DNA from: Nageia nagi
Taxonomy: Eukaryota; Plantae; Pinophyta
NCBI GenBank assembly: GCA_050084985.1
Contig: JBITNC010000002.1
Location: forward strand, 22,692,001-22,756,000
DNA: 64,000 nt
Direction: 5' to 3'
Shown here: piece by piece, positions 1 through 13,460 of the stretch
How the letters are laid out: each line of letters opens with the position of its first letter
How positions within the stretch are numbered: the stretch's first letter is position 1
Notes under the pieces: model-generated
What the model saw: the letters and a program-made list of their open reading frames with translations, nothing else
The model's database searches: none
Told to the model about the DNA's origin: nothing
Program-made: the position numbers and the translations under genes

Positions 1-1829
1 TTTATTTTGTGAATTAGGAAGAGCAAATGAGAATAAAAGAGCAAAGATGGAAGAGAAGAGGAGCGAATTAGTTCTACTTCAATTTATTTGTTGGTTCCAT
101 GTAAGATTTGGCAACCCAAATTGATTTGTAATATATTAAGCTATAAAAATATATTGATTCTTCTATTATATTTATTGTTTTGAAATGTAAAAATATATTT
201 CATTGCAATTATATTTCACTGTAAAAATGTATTTACAATAAAATATATATTCCAAGATAGGCACCTCAGGAATGATATCTTTGGGTATTTTTTGATATAT
301 AAGGGGTTATATCAAAGCTAGTAGATTACCATAGTCATAATACTAATTATATCATCTACCTATATTTATAAAATGATTATATGTTTTTATGAAAACAATA
401 AGAATATATAAAATTAAAATATATTACATTGATGTTAATTATAACTTTTTTTATATATAGAATATATTAGCTTTGTTTTAATATATCCTATTATGACTAC
501 ATAGAATAATACATATTTTTATCATAATTAATGTAAGTCATGTTTTATTTTTTTATTTTTTAAGAATTTATACATTTATGGCTAACATTATATATGAAGG
601 CTTCTAAGGTTAAATTTAGATGTACATACATCATAAAATATCACCATTTTGATCAATAAAAAATGTTAGAAATTGATAAACACTATATGAAAATACTATT
701 TGGTTGTTACATTTGGAGGTTTCCTTTCCAATACTCAAAATATTTGATATGGTTAGTAGAAGTCAAGTACCAACTTTTTCTTCCAAATATACATTTTTAG
801 ATGATTGAAGATTAAGGAACACCATATCATTTTTTGTAATACTTGTATATATTTTATTTTATATGAACTATTGTTTCATAGCTTTTTGAACTTAATGAAG
901 ATTATCCTTAAGAAGGGAGAGAACTTATATACATTGAAATATATTGCTTACTTCATTAATTTTATTAATCATAAAAATGTAATACATCAATACAAGATAT
1001 TTTACTTTTAAAATACTTCATAAAAGAATATCATAATAGTAAAATGATAAATTAGAAAACCATTTGATCTATTATATTTATATAAATAGTTTCAAGTGTA
1101 TCCTAAGTAGTTAAAATTGAAGTATAACACATAATTTCCTTTTGACTTTAAATTAATTTAAATTTACATAAAATACAAAACTTCTTAAAATTATTGAAGA
1201 AATATTTATTGATTAATATTTTTAAGGATATTATATTTTCCAATAATCTCCTACAAATCTCCTCTAATAGCCTATAAACCTTCAAAATCTTCTATGTTTT
1301 TGCAGAGGCTAATGCAATCATCATTTCTTTGAAACCTAGACTTTTCTTGACCATGAAAGTCGTCAACCATGTCCAATATTTAATGATTAAACCACTTTCA
1401 ACCATGGGTACCTTTACAAATGCTGTTAAATGTTTGTAGACTTCAATTATGGAATTTCTTCCAGAGAGCATTCATTTTATTTACATTAGCTTCAGATGAA
1501 CTGAGTTAATGTACCTTGCACTTTTTATACATTATCTCTTTGTTAAATAGTGAGACGAAAGATAGTTTATTACTAAAATTTAGTAATAGGCAGTGCTTAA
1601 TCTAATGGTAATATATCATATGATGTCTTAAATACATATTTGAAATCTCATATTTTTGCATTCAAAATTACAGGAGAGAACAATTAAGCTTTAGTTACAG
1701 TAAAGAACTGTAACTGAGAATTGAGAGCTGTTTTCTTCAGTTTTTTCTTTTTAAACGACTCGTACATTCTGCAACGATCCAGTTGATACTTCAAATCATT
1801 TATAGACATTTCATGTATATTCTTTTAAT

Positions 1830-3944
1830 TCATTTGGAAGGAGGCTGGTAACCTCCACAGAGCTGAGCACGCTGGTGTCTGAGCATGGCTATCTCGTTTC
1901 TGATGTTTTTTGCTCCTTCCCCATTCCCATCACCAATTGTTTGTTCCAACGTTGCAATTATTCGTTCTATGCTTTTGATCTGCATGTAGCCCAATAATAT
2001 TTATGGAAGACTTTCACTTAGTTTTTAAGATTTTGAAATAATGTAGAATTATTCAACAAATTTATAGGACTAAGGTTATAGGTATTTACCTTGCGATGAG
2101 GCCAACGAGGAAGACCATTTCTACGACAGATTTTTTTCAAAACTGTAGGGCATATTTGCATTTGTTTTGCGGCTTCATTTATAGGAAGATGAAAGTATTT
2201 GGCACAGTCAGACAACTGAAGCCTCCCTGTTCTCTCCCTCTGCAATTATCAAGCATGCCCTTGGCATTATCACTTCATTACTATAATATAGAAAATGCAT
2301 AAAATATTATCTCTAAATTATTGTTGAATTGAAAAAACCTGTGTTGATACCTGTGCTGCAACAGTGCTTTTGGGGGCTTTGGAAGGAGATTGAGTACTGT
2401 GATTAGTGGCATTCCATGGATTGAGTGCAGGCGTTCCAAATAGTTGGCTATAGTATAAGTCTGAGAACAATTCATGATTCATAAATATTGGCTATAGCAT
2501 AAGACTACTAAGGCAGTTCATAAATATTGTTAGACTCTGAATGAAATATAATCCAGTAAAATGTTATGTTTTGGTAGACCTGTTGGCAGTTGATGAACAG
2601 GGGTTAATAGAGGCCAAGGAAAAGATGGGTCAGATATCATGCTCATCTGAGTTCCATCTTCTGTGTTAACCATTACAGAGTCGAAGCGGAGAGCAAAGTC
2701 TTCCTTGGCACGGAGAAGACTGTATTGGACTAGAAAATGCTTCATGTAATCTGAATTCCCTCTAGGAAATCTGGAAGATTTGAGACAAGTCTCAGTCCAA
2801 AGTACAAATAAAACATAATTACGATAGAAATGATAATGACGAAGTTGTGATGGATGGCTTACTGAATCATTTGTGGTAGTACACTGGTTTGGCATTCATT
2901 TCCGAAATTGAAAGTCCTTGTCTGCAACACTGCATGAAAATTCTGGCCTTCATAGCAATGGATCTCAAGTTTTGTGTCTTGGTAACCTTTTCCACAGACA
3001 AACTTATGGTGTAAGACAAAACCCCCGTATGTTGTAAAGAAAATATAGTAGTTTCAGCTATATATGGCTAATTATAGCTTATATGCTGCAGTTTAGTCCC
3101 CATGTTATTGATTTATTTGATAATGTTATTGGTTTATTTGATAATGTTATCAGTTTATATGATATGTGACAAATATTTTAGCACAAGTACCATTCGTGTG
3201 AACAATTCTTCTCATAAGTTTACAAGATTGGCACTCTGGATTATTAGGTCTCTGCATCACCCATTCCTTGAAACTGCTCACAAAAACCTCATAAGTTTGC
3301 TGATGAAATCTCAGGGCTTCTTGTTGCTTCATGTAAGAATGTATTGCAACTTGATCTTGCATATCTTGCTGAATCTCATTCCCACTTGAAGTAGTGCAAG
3401 ATTGGTTACATGGTACCATTCCATATTGATACGAGGAAACCACCTCATTCATGTGAGGAATATTGTTAGAACCATTTAAAGGAACTATACTCTTTAACAG
3501 ATTTGAATCATTACAATTGTCAGTCAAATAATATTCGGAATCCGTGGAGAAGGGATCTGCACTTATATCATCTGTCAAATTTGGGATTTCATTGAAATTG
3601 AAGGGTTGTTCGAAATCATCCAAACATATATTGTCTTGGATCTGAAGGCAATGTTTCCTTTCAATTTCATGTTGTGTTGTATTGTATTCTGCTGGTTTTT
3701 GATCGCTAGGTATTGGATTGGATTGAGGAAAGACTGAATCGAAAGTGGGTTCATTTGAAAAGATGGTATCTGGCAGTTGGAAGCAGTCATCCAAATTAAT
3801 ATTGACTGGGCTGCTGTCGAATTCGGCGAAATTGGAAAAAGTTGCTTCATCAAAATTAGCAACTGTGTTGTCTGGCGTTGGAGGTAGAGAATCGAAAGCA
3901 GCAAAATCGACATTTCCAGGATTCGGGAAAACATTGGTTTCCAT
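1830..3944 (-). CDS. RKD: RKD-type RWP-RK transcription factor, 6 exons, ~492 aa
   Basis: Manual splicing with GT-AG introns and consistent phases: exons 3944-3191, 2986-2863, 2770-2580, 2460-2351, 2239-2090, 1979-1830 (1479 nt = 493 codons, ending TGA). The C-terminus has the RWP-RK domain (KSTVAAQRERTGRLQLSDCAKYFHLPINEAAKQMQICPTVLKKICRRNGLPRWPHRKIKS). There is no PB1 domain, so it is RKD-like rather than NLP. The central CQSC..HTNG..TKLEIH..HAVL block resembles RKD5-like proteins. Confidence 0.9.
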
Positions 3945-4365
3945 AAAATACAAAGTGAATGTAGGTGAAGCAAGTTTGAGGGCTTTTGTGGAGGGTTTTG
4001 GGAACCAAAACCATTAACTTGTAAAATTATCGACATTCGATGAGTGTAAATAGAGAGCAAAGGGGTGCGATTTCAAAATTGAGGTGCGACAATAACAAAA
4101 CCGACTTTGTTAGCATGGTAGAAAAAATATTTTTGTAGAATGTTTTGATTGTTTTATCAGGTACCGAATTTGCAACCTAAAACCAATATTTATAAGGTCC
4201 TCCAATCAATTACTCATAATTACATGACATGCTTTTCTAATCAATTTATCTAGAATGAATTTTACGACATTACTATGGTGGGAAAACATCTCACAACTAC
4301 GTTTGGGAGTATGATAGATGTATATATTTATGTAGTTTCTTGATATGAACAATTGCTGGTCTTGC

Positions 4366-4388
4366 TATATATATATATATATATATAT
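4366..4388. repeat. (TA)n microsatellite upstream of the RKD gene
   Basis: Perfect TA run, ~420 bp upstream of the ATG. Confidence 0.9.
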
Positions 4389-5342
4389 TTTAGTAACACA
4401 CACATTCTTGCAAGGGTGGAATCTTGAACTTACCAGTAGTTCAAAGTTTCACCATTGCCTCATCTTTATTGGACCTTTTGTTATATTTTGACATATGTGT
4501 AACAAACTAAAATTTTCAAAGTATTCATTGCATTTTAGTTGTTAATTTTTTAAATTAATAGAAATATTATGAAGATAATAATTTTTTACAATGTATTTAT
4601 TTTATTTAAATTTTTTAATACGATTAAAATGATAATTATTAGATATCATATATTTAAGATAATTAAAATTGTTAAGTTATGTGTTAAAAGATTGAAAACA
4701 ATCAATCTTAAGGAAGAGTAGAGGGGAACTCTTTTCAAAAGGTTAAAATCCATATCAGCGTTGCTTGGCCCTGTACTTTTAGGAGCTCTTCCTTCTTTGG
4801 AAGCACCTCTTAGCATGCACACAGCAGCCCAAGGAGGACCGACGAGTCACATCCTTTTTAAAAGCCTCTTCCCCAGATGGGTCTTGTCAGAGGCGTTGAG
4901 AGGAGTAGCCACTACCTCTCCATCATACCAGGAGACACATTTAGGTTACCCAAACCACACTGAGGGTGCAACAGATTACTTCTTTTTTCTCTAGTATTGA
5001 TCTTTCCAATAGACCTATGAGGGCCTCCCAAGATGGCCTCTTAGATATCGTGGATTTTGTACCACCCATTCCTTAGGGTTCGGGTCTTCTCTTCTCTTAT
5101 ATAGTTGTACTAGCTTTGATTAGGCTTTTTCTTTTGTTTGTTTTAGAGGAAGCCCAATAGGGTTTTGTTGGCATCTGATTCCTGTAATATTCACTCTAGT
5201 CCCATTAACCACTTTTGGTCACCCGAGGAAACTAATATACTTTATTTCTTTCTTACATTTAACATTTGATTTATTAAAAGGTCAATTTAGCAATCAAACT
5301 ATTATCTACCTACAATATGCTACCTTTTTTTGCCTCTCAAAG

Positions 5343-5622
5343 AATATGAGTTATTTTGTATTCTTGAAAAACTATTTATATAATATAAAAATAATATGGT
5401 ATATTAAGATTTACCAATCCTCTTTAGATTTAATATAACAGGGATTTAATCTATTAACCATGATTTATTTTGTAACTCCAATCAACTACCTTATTTGAAA
5501 ATATGAATTATTTTGCATTCTTAAAAAACTATTTATAATGTAAAAATAATATCTTACACTAAGATTTACTAATTTTCTTTGGACTTAGTAAAGTGGGATT
5601 TTGATCTATTAACCATGATTTA
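5343..5622. repeat. Diverged direct duplication, period ~157 bp
   Basis: aatatgagttattttgtattcttgaaaaactatttata...atctattaaccatgattta occurs at ~5343-5467 and again at ~5500-5622. Confidence 0.8.
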
Positions 5623-7147
5623 CAAGTTTAACTCTAAGTTAATTGTATGCCACATCAATCAAAATGCTCTTTGCTTGCCAAAATAGTTCAAGTTATTGTA
5701 ACATTACTTAAAAATTATTTGATTGAATTGCACTTGCAAATGATCATTATTCATATTTATAATGATAAACTACTCCAAGACTAGCTAGCTTAAAAGTATC
5801 TAGTCTAGATACATAACATTCTTGAAAAAAAGCTCTACTTGAGATGATGATTCAATATTGATGGTTGTTGTACATGATTAAAAACTACAAATATCAAGAA
5901 ACATACTCTTATTTATTATTTGTTTTCTAAAATCTTTAAATACACCAATAAATTATGAAATAATCAAGTAACAAGCAAGGTGAAAGAAAGATACATAATT
6001 ATACCATATTATACTTGCACTTACGCCTTGTACAAGCTCCTAAAGTTTAACCTAAACTTTCACAACTCAAGGAGGATAAGTAATATACTAAGAATATAAA
6101 CAACTAAGTGTTGAGGGACACCTCTTAATAACCATTCCTAGCTTCACAAATATCCATTGGAAAGGTGGATTCATCATTAAAGATAATAAAAATATATTAT
6201 CAAATCTCCTTTGCATAGGCAATGCTATATAATGGTTGTGTTTTATCATTGATAAATATTATCCACTCATATGCTTGAACTACAAAGTATGTGCTTTCAC
6301 TACTATTAAATATGAATTTTTTATTTAAAGTAAATAAAATATTTATCAATTTGATTAATTCAAACTTTTATATTAAAAAATAAAATATAATTTATAATTT
6401 TTTTAAATATTTTAGGTAAATATAACTATTTTATTTATGCATTGAAGGAATTTTTATATGGATTGAGAAGACTTACATATAATCATTTTAACATTTTACT
6501 AATTATAAAGTGATTACAATATTAAATTATAATTATAAAATTTGATCTTTTAATCATAAATTATATTATATACATTAGTTTAATAATTTTCAAAACATAT
6601 ACTAATAAATTTTGATATTTTTATTTACTTTCTAAATTTTAAATTTTATCTTTTTTTTTCACTTTAACTTAAAAAGATTTCTTTTGAGCCATGGATAAAG
6701 GTGAGATTTAAATAAAACTTCAAATAGAGATGCCACCCTCCTTCTAAATCATCTATCATGGGAAGGCCTAATAAAATTCAAGATGATTATTTTCTATAAT
6801 CTATTTACATCTCTACTATATAAAAAATAAGTAACTTTAATTACATTTACCTTTTTATAAATAAAATATTTTAATATTTCATATCTCTACTGTATATATA
6901 AAATTTAATATATTTACATTTTATATCTATCTTAAGCAACTTAACTACTATATTGTTTTTTGGATCCATGTCCTATTCTAAATACTCACACATCCCCTCA
7001 GGTTGAAAACCATAGCTAATGCACTTCAACATCCACTGCCCATGCGAGTCCCACATACTATGAAAAATTTGTTCACAACATAAAAATCAAGGCTTTGAAT
7101 TGTTTTCATGGTCTGCCATAGTTGAGGAGCAATTCACACCGCTGACT

Positions 7148-8370
7148 AATAGGTGTAGAAAAATCCTTGAGGACATTTATATTTCTATATCAAAATACCA
7201 AAGTGGTATTAAGATATGATTCAACTTAATATTTTTTAAATATAGATCCTGTAAAACCCCTTCAAAATAGAATATATGTTGAAAATCAAAATGGAGAGAA
7301 TGTCCAAAAACTATCATATCATATTAAATCAATAGTGTGTAGCATGTGTAAAATTTATAAATACCTTGCCAAAGACTCTCCAACAATGCCACCATAAGAA
7401 GAAAAAGATAATGATAGAACATCAAATAAAGACAAATAGGAAGAATATTTGAAAATCAACATCAAGAATAATAACAAAGAAAAAATATGGAAAATTGAAA
7501 AAGAAAGGAAAAAGAAGGAGAATTATAACAAGGAGGTAAATCAAACACACCAAATTAACTAAAAAAGGAGCTTCAAGAGGCATTATTGCAAAAAGGATCA
7601 CTAAAGAAACCACTATTAGTAAATAAAGCTATAATATAGAAGAATTCCTTTTACGATTTGGGGGATATAGTTGGAGAATTCATAAATGAAAATACCCAAG
7701 GAATGATATCCCAAGTGGAGGAGACTTAGTATGCAATTGAGGAAATCAATTAACAAGATATGACTAAAACTATTACGAAAAATCCTATTACAAATTAAAC
7801 AAAGGATTACGAGAAGGAAGAATAAAGTTATGAAGAGAAATGAGTAGAAAATAAATTAGAATATGAAATAGAAGATAATAAAGAAAAGGGAGATTGTAAC
7901 CAAATCGAATAGATACAAGCTAAGAAGGAAAGAACAAAGTTAAGATTTAACAAAGAAAATGAACATGTAGCTACAAAGATAATAAGGAATATAAGAAGCA
8001 TGTTTGATACCAAAAAATTAGGGAGAAATATAAGTTTTACAAATAAAAATAGCACAAATAACACTATAGATCAGAGTGGGGAAATAAAACCCACTTTAAT
8101 AAGGTTTAGATGAATATATTTTGTTGAGACATAAGGGGTTACAACATACCTAAAAAATAAAAAAATTCAATAGAATTATGTAAAAAATATAAATAAAATA
8201 TGGTCTTATTACAAGAGACTAAATTTATTAAAGAGAAACAATAAGAAGTTAAAAAGTGAATTTTAAAAGAGGATCAAATAGAATTTATCCATGTCATAGG
8301 AAGGGTGGAGGACATCTAGATTTTATGAAACTCTGAGATTGTAAGTATATGAAGATTTAATTTTGGTTCT
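7148..8370 (+). mobile_element. Degenerate LINE (L1-type) fragment: end of ORF1 plus start of ORF2 endonuclease
   Basis: Zinc-knuckle relic SIVCSMCKIYKYLAKDSP at ~7330-7385. From the ATG at 8110: MNIFC*DIRGYNIPKK...NMVLLQETK, matching the L1 endonuclease N-terminus MKIxSWNVRG...LLQETK. Confidence 0.75.
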
Positions 8371-9800
8371 TTAAGGTGTATAAAAATATGTCATTAACAT
8401 AAACTTGAACATATTTGTGAATATAATTATGGAACATGGATGCCATGGTACGTTTATAGGTAGCTCCATCATTTTTGATACCAAAATGCATAATGTTCCA
8501 ACAAAAATTATCCCATGGTGTAGTACATGTTATTTTGTGTTGATACTAGATTGATTAATATTTGATTATAACCGAAAAAACCCATCCATGAAGAGTAATG
8601 TATCATGATTAGAAATACTATCTATAATCATATCAATATTTGGAAAAAATAATCATCTTTAGGAAATGCATTTTTAATATCTCTAAAATCAAATGCAAAT
8701 TTGTACCTCCATTTAGTTTTGTAGCAAGAATTATATTGGACATCCATTATGAATAATCAATTGGATTAATGAAATTAGAATTCAAATACTTTTCTATTTC
8801 CTTTTTACTAGCATGAACCTTTGAAACAATATCTCTTTATAATTTTCTATTTTATAGGATCAACATCTTTTTTGAGAAGAAAACTAAGCATGAAAAATGA
8901 AGGATCTAAACAAGTCATACCAAAAATAAGAAAAATAAAAATTGATATTACATCTTTGAAATATTTACGTATACCTTTATTATTGATTTTTTCATGGAAT
9001 GCTCCAATTTTGATTTCTCTTAGTTGTTCATGAGTCCTAATGTTGATATTAATAAGCTCTTTAGTAGAAAATTGTAATTCTCCTTCTTTTGCAAAAAAAT
9101 AAGGGTGTAATTCTATACTACGAACACTAAGAGGATCTTGTTATTCATCCTTAATCTATTATGCTTGAAATGCTTCTCTAAAATTAATCTCTTGGCAAAC
9201 AAACCCATGTTGGCTAAGGATGCAACTTAGGTTTCTTTTGCTATTTGATTTAGAAAACTTAGAGTGTGCCCCCATGTACTTAAGCAATGCATCGTTAGTG
9301 GAAAAATAATCAAATTCAAGTGTAAAATTAGCATCAATCTATAATTCCTCATCGATATCATTTGAAATCTCAATGAGATTGCATTATGAAATGAATTTAA
9401 TAGGTCTTGAAGACTTTATTGTGTTTAGAGTGCATCCTAAACCTTTTTTATCTTTCTAAGCGCTTAGATCTAATGTAAAAGTGGGCATTACTTATTCTAA
9501 TTTTCCTAAACCTCCTCCCTTACACTTGCACTTTTATTTCATATACTTTTGATAAAATAAAGATAGAAAGGAGTCTTTACTAAGCTTGTTCATTTCTATC
9601 ATCTTTTACATCATAGGATCAAGATTAGGTGTCAAAGAAGCTACAAAATAAGAAGTAGTTAGTTCACCATCATTTACAAAGCATTGAATACATGGTGTGT
9701 ACATCATTTATGGTGTACTATTTTTGGTCATCCCAGATCCTTGACTAGGGACATGGTATTTAGATTTTGAATTGAATATGTTCCAAGCCCAATTTTAGTA
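8371..9800 (-). mobile_element. Degenerate non-chromoviral Ty3/gypsy (Tat/Ogre-like) pol relic, truncated just after the RT YVDD motif
   Basis: Minus-strand translation with stops and frameshifts: ELININIRTHEQLREIKIGA...LDPS...LVKKEIEKYLNSNFINPIDYS*WMSNI...ICIDFRD...PKDD...YNQILI...KYVQVYVND. The distal (higher-coordinate) boundary is uncertain. Confidence 0.7.
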
Positions 9801-12329
9801 ATTTTTTTCTCAGTATCTTCTTTTACCAATGTTGATTGTGGTTCTTATGGAGGGATATCAAAAATATTGATATGTTGATGTTGCAATAGTTGTTGTTGTT
9901 GAAACATAGTTTCATATGTAATTAATTATTTATGTGGTTGGCTATATCATCTATTCTCAATGGATTATAGATGTTATTAATGAATGTGGATTTGCTTATA
10001 AGCATGTACCATAATTTTTATGACTTTATATTGTTGTTCACTATAGTAGAAGTTTTCTTTACTATCCATACATCTAGAAGTTTGGTGTTATATTTTTAAG
10101 GATCCCCTCTGTTATAATTCACTTTGTATGAATTTTAGAAATGTTTGAATTTGAATTCTTCATTTCCTTGCATTTGAATCTCAGCATACTTTATCATGCA
10201 AATGCAAAATCAAATAATAGAAGCTATAAGAGTTAATCAAAATGAAATGCAACATAAATGTCATGATGTAAGGAGAAATATTATTAATGTAAAAAGAAAA
10301 GAGCAAGTACCTTTGTACTTTAACTAGGTTCAACATGCAAGAAATAAGAGTCATAGCTTGAATAGGTCAAGAAAGCTCTCGAGAAAGAATATCTTAAGTC
10401 AAGAACCTAAAGAAAAGAATTCCACATGGATGAAAAATAGCATAGATGAACAATTAACTAAGCTCCAAGAAGGTGGTCATATTATATGATGCAAAAGATA
10501 ATACAAAACTCCATTGCCAATGGAAAGAGCTATAGTAGAAAAAATGGAAACATATGACAATGATCATATCTTACATGAGGAAAAAGATAATTGAAATGAA
10601 ATAAAATGAAATATTATTAATATCCATGGTGGGCTAAAAGTGACTCAAGGAATTAGGAAAATAGGATAGTGAAAACTACAAGTATGTGGACCAAAAGTGC
10701 CCAACCAAAAAGAAAAGAGAAAATGAATACAAAGAGTGTAAAACATGCTATGCAAAGATGAGAGATCATCTAGGATTTATCTTTTCTAATATCAAATGAA
10801 TCATTGCTAAAAAATAATTGATTTATCTTAATCCATCACTACTCTAGATGCTCAAAGTTCCATTAGTGCATTGTCTAGTTACCTTGCTAGTGTATAGATG
10901 ATTTGGTGCTTTTCATTTTTGACCAACATTTATATCCACCCTTGATCTATCAAAACTAATTGGATAAGTAATTTGTGATAAGTCAAGATTAAGGAGTATG
11001 AGAGGAACTGAAATGAGAGATCTCCTATTGACAGAAATGGATTGCTTCCTTGATGTAAAGTCTGAGACATCATTGGTCTTTTTAGCTAAAAAAATGTTGA
11101 TATACAACAGTAGTCACTCCTAAAGAGACAATAAATTATACCTCTAATATCATAGTATATCAAACAACAAAAAATAAAATGATGCAAAGTTTCTACTTCT
11201 CCAAGGGAACAAAATATACATATTCTCTCCTCTCTCGATATATGGTGATATGCTTCAACATGAAGCTGATGGGAGCATACTTAAAGGTTCCCAATGGAGA
11301 CCTGTATACCATGCATCATAAATTTCTAAAGGTATTAAGGAGGCACTATCTAACCATATTGTATATGGAGAAAATTCTCATGATAAAAGGATAGCTTGGG
11401 GGAGACAGAGTGATGGGAGAGATCCAAGTGCAATGGATATAATGGAGAGTGATTTCTTTCATATCTCATGAAGTATCTTTTTCTTCTTATTTCATGATGG
11501 TACTTGAGGAACTCCAAGGGAGTAAGGAGTGACAACAACAGTAAGAGAAAAAAGTGGAATGGATGTCATGAATAAAGAAATTTATGACACATTTAAGAGA
11601 ATGCAAAAGTATCATTAATTGTTATAAAATATTTTTTTGATAAGGTCCTCAAAAATTTTAATCAAATGTAAAATTTACCAAATTATATTAATCCCTAATT
11701 TAGATCCTCTTAATATTTAGCATGCTCTAGATCATTGTGTTCAATTCATCTTTTAGCTTCATGATGCTTCTTTTGGATCGAGAATTTGATTCAATTTGAG
11801 GGAGATATGTGATTTCCAAGTTTGGGTATGTTTTTATTAAAAAATATAAAAGGTAAAAAAAAAGAAAAATAGTAATTTTTCAAGTTCCTCTTTTTGTTAA
11901 TTTTATTACATCATGTTATAGATATAATCATCCTCTTTTTAACACTTTTTATAGTTCATGAAACTGACTTTATGATCAAAAGTTATTACATTTTGAATTT
12001 TGCATTTTTTTAATGAAATGGTGGGCATTTTGGAGGCCAAGTTACAAGCTGCCAAGCAGTGGCATATTATGGGATCCACCTTGTTTAGTGATTTTTACAA
12101 GATTTAAATGTTTTTAAATGTGTATTGAATATTTTTATTGGTAGATACAGTTTATTTGTAAACTTTTTAATATTGTCATCCAAAGAGCATGTATTTGAAA
12201 CTTTGAAAGCCTATTATGAGAGATTGGCTAAACCATTTGAGCCCAAATTTGAAGTACAGCTAGAGGAGGATAGAGTATCTATAAATAATGATTTTATAGT
12301 TTCTTCTTATTGTAAACCACTCCAAATTT

Positions 12330-13460
12330 GAGCTAACATTGCATTAATATATCACTAACATAGCATTAACATCGATTAATACTAACATCATATTAACATA
12401 CTATTAACATGGCATTAACATTGTATTAACATAACATTAACATCGTATTAACTTTTGAATCACACAAGGTTGATATTAACATAGCATTTACATATCATTA
12501 ACCTTGCAATATGATTAATCATTAACTCATAATATTAAATCCCATTAACATTAATCATTAACACCTAACCCTAACCACTAAACTACCCTAACCATTAGCA
12601 TATAATACTTTAAACCTCCTTAACCCTAAACCACTTAACCCTTACCACTAACCCTAATATTAATCCTTGACCCTTAATTTTAATTGTAACCAATAACACC
12701 AAATCCTAACCCATAAACCCTAACTTGACTCCTAACCCTAAAATCCTAAACTATCACCCTTAACCCCAAACCTTAAACCCTTACGTTTAACCCTAACCCT
12801 AAGCTTAACAATTAACACCTAACCTTAAATCCCACTAACATTAATCATTAACACCTAACTTGACTCCTAACCCTAAAACCTTAAACTATTACCCTTAAAC
12901 CCTACCCTTAACCATTAATGCCTAACCCTAAAACCTTAAACTATTACCCTTAAACCCTACCTTAACCATTAACACCTAACCCTAACTCCCATTAACACTA
13001 ATCACTAATACACCTAACCCTAACCACTAGTGCCTAACCCTTTAAACCCCCTTAACCCCAAGCCACTTAACCCTTACCATTAACCTTAATCTTAACCCTT
13101 GACCCTTAACTTTAATCCTAACTTATAACACCAAACCCTAACCCATAACCCCTAACTTGAATCCTAACACCAAAACCTCAAACTATTGCCCTTAACTCTA
13201 GACCCTTAAATCCTTACCTTTAATGGTACCTGCACCCCTAACCCTAACCATTAACACCTAACCTTAACTTGTAATAATTAATCATTAACATCTAACTTTA
13301 AGTCCCACTAACTCCAAACCCTAAACCATAACCTCTAACCCTTAACCTTACCCTCTAACCCTTAACCCTAGCCTCTAACCCCAAACCATAACATCTAACC
13401 GTAAACCCCTAGCCTCTAACCCCAAACCCTAACCTCTAACCCTAAATCCTAACCTCTAAT
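12330..13460. repeat. Degenerate telomere-like (CCCTAA/CCCTAAA/ATTAAC) interstitial array with higher-order structure
   Basis: ATTAAC-type units at 12330-12560, then CCCTAA/CCCTAAA/CCTTAA variants. A ~445-bp block is repeated at ~12540 and ~12990, and a 20-bp unit (aacctctaaccctaaaccct) is repeated ~7 times at 13320-13460. Confidence 0.85.

Noticed and set aside
3575-4060. Overlapping ORFs (161 aa minus, 90 aa plus) over RKD exon 1
   Set aside because: Alternative-frame shadows of the real exon, with no recognisable motifs.
4761-4994. GC-richer 77-aa ORF upstream of RKD
   Set aside because: Non-ATG start, no recognisable motifs, and no definable element boundaries.
7148-8370. A-rich coding-like strand as an endogenous caulimovirid
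   Set aside because: Translation gives a LINE ORF1 knuckle and endonuclease motifs, not viral movement or capsid motifs.
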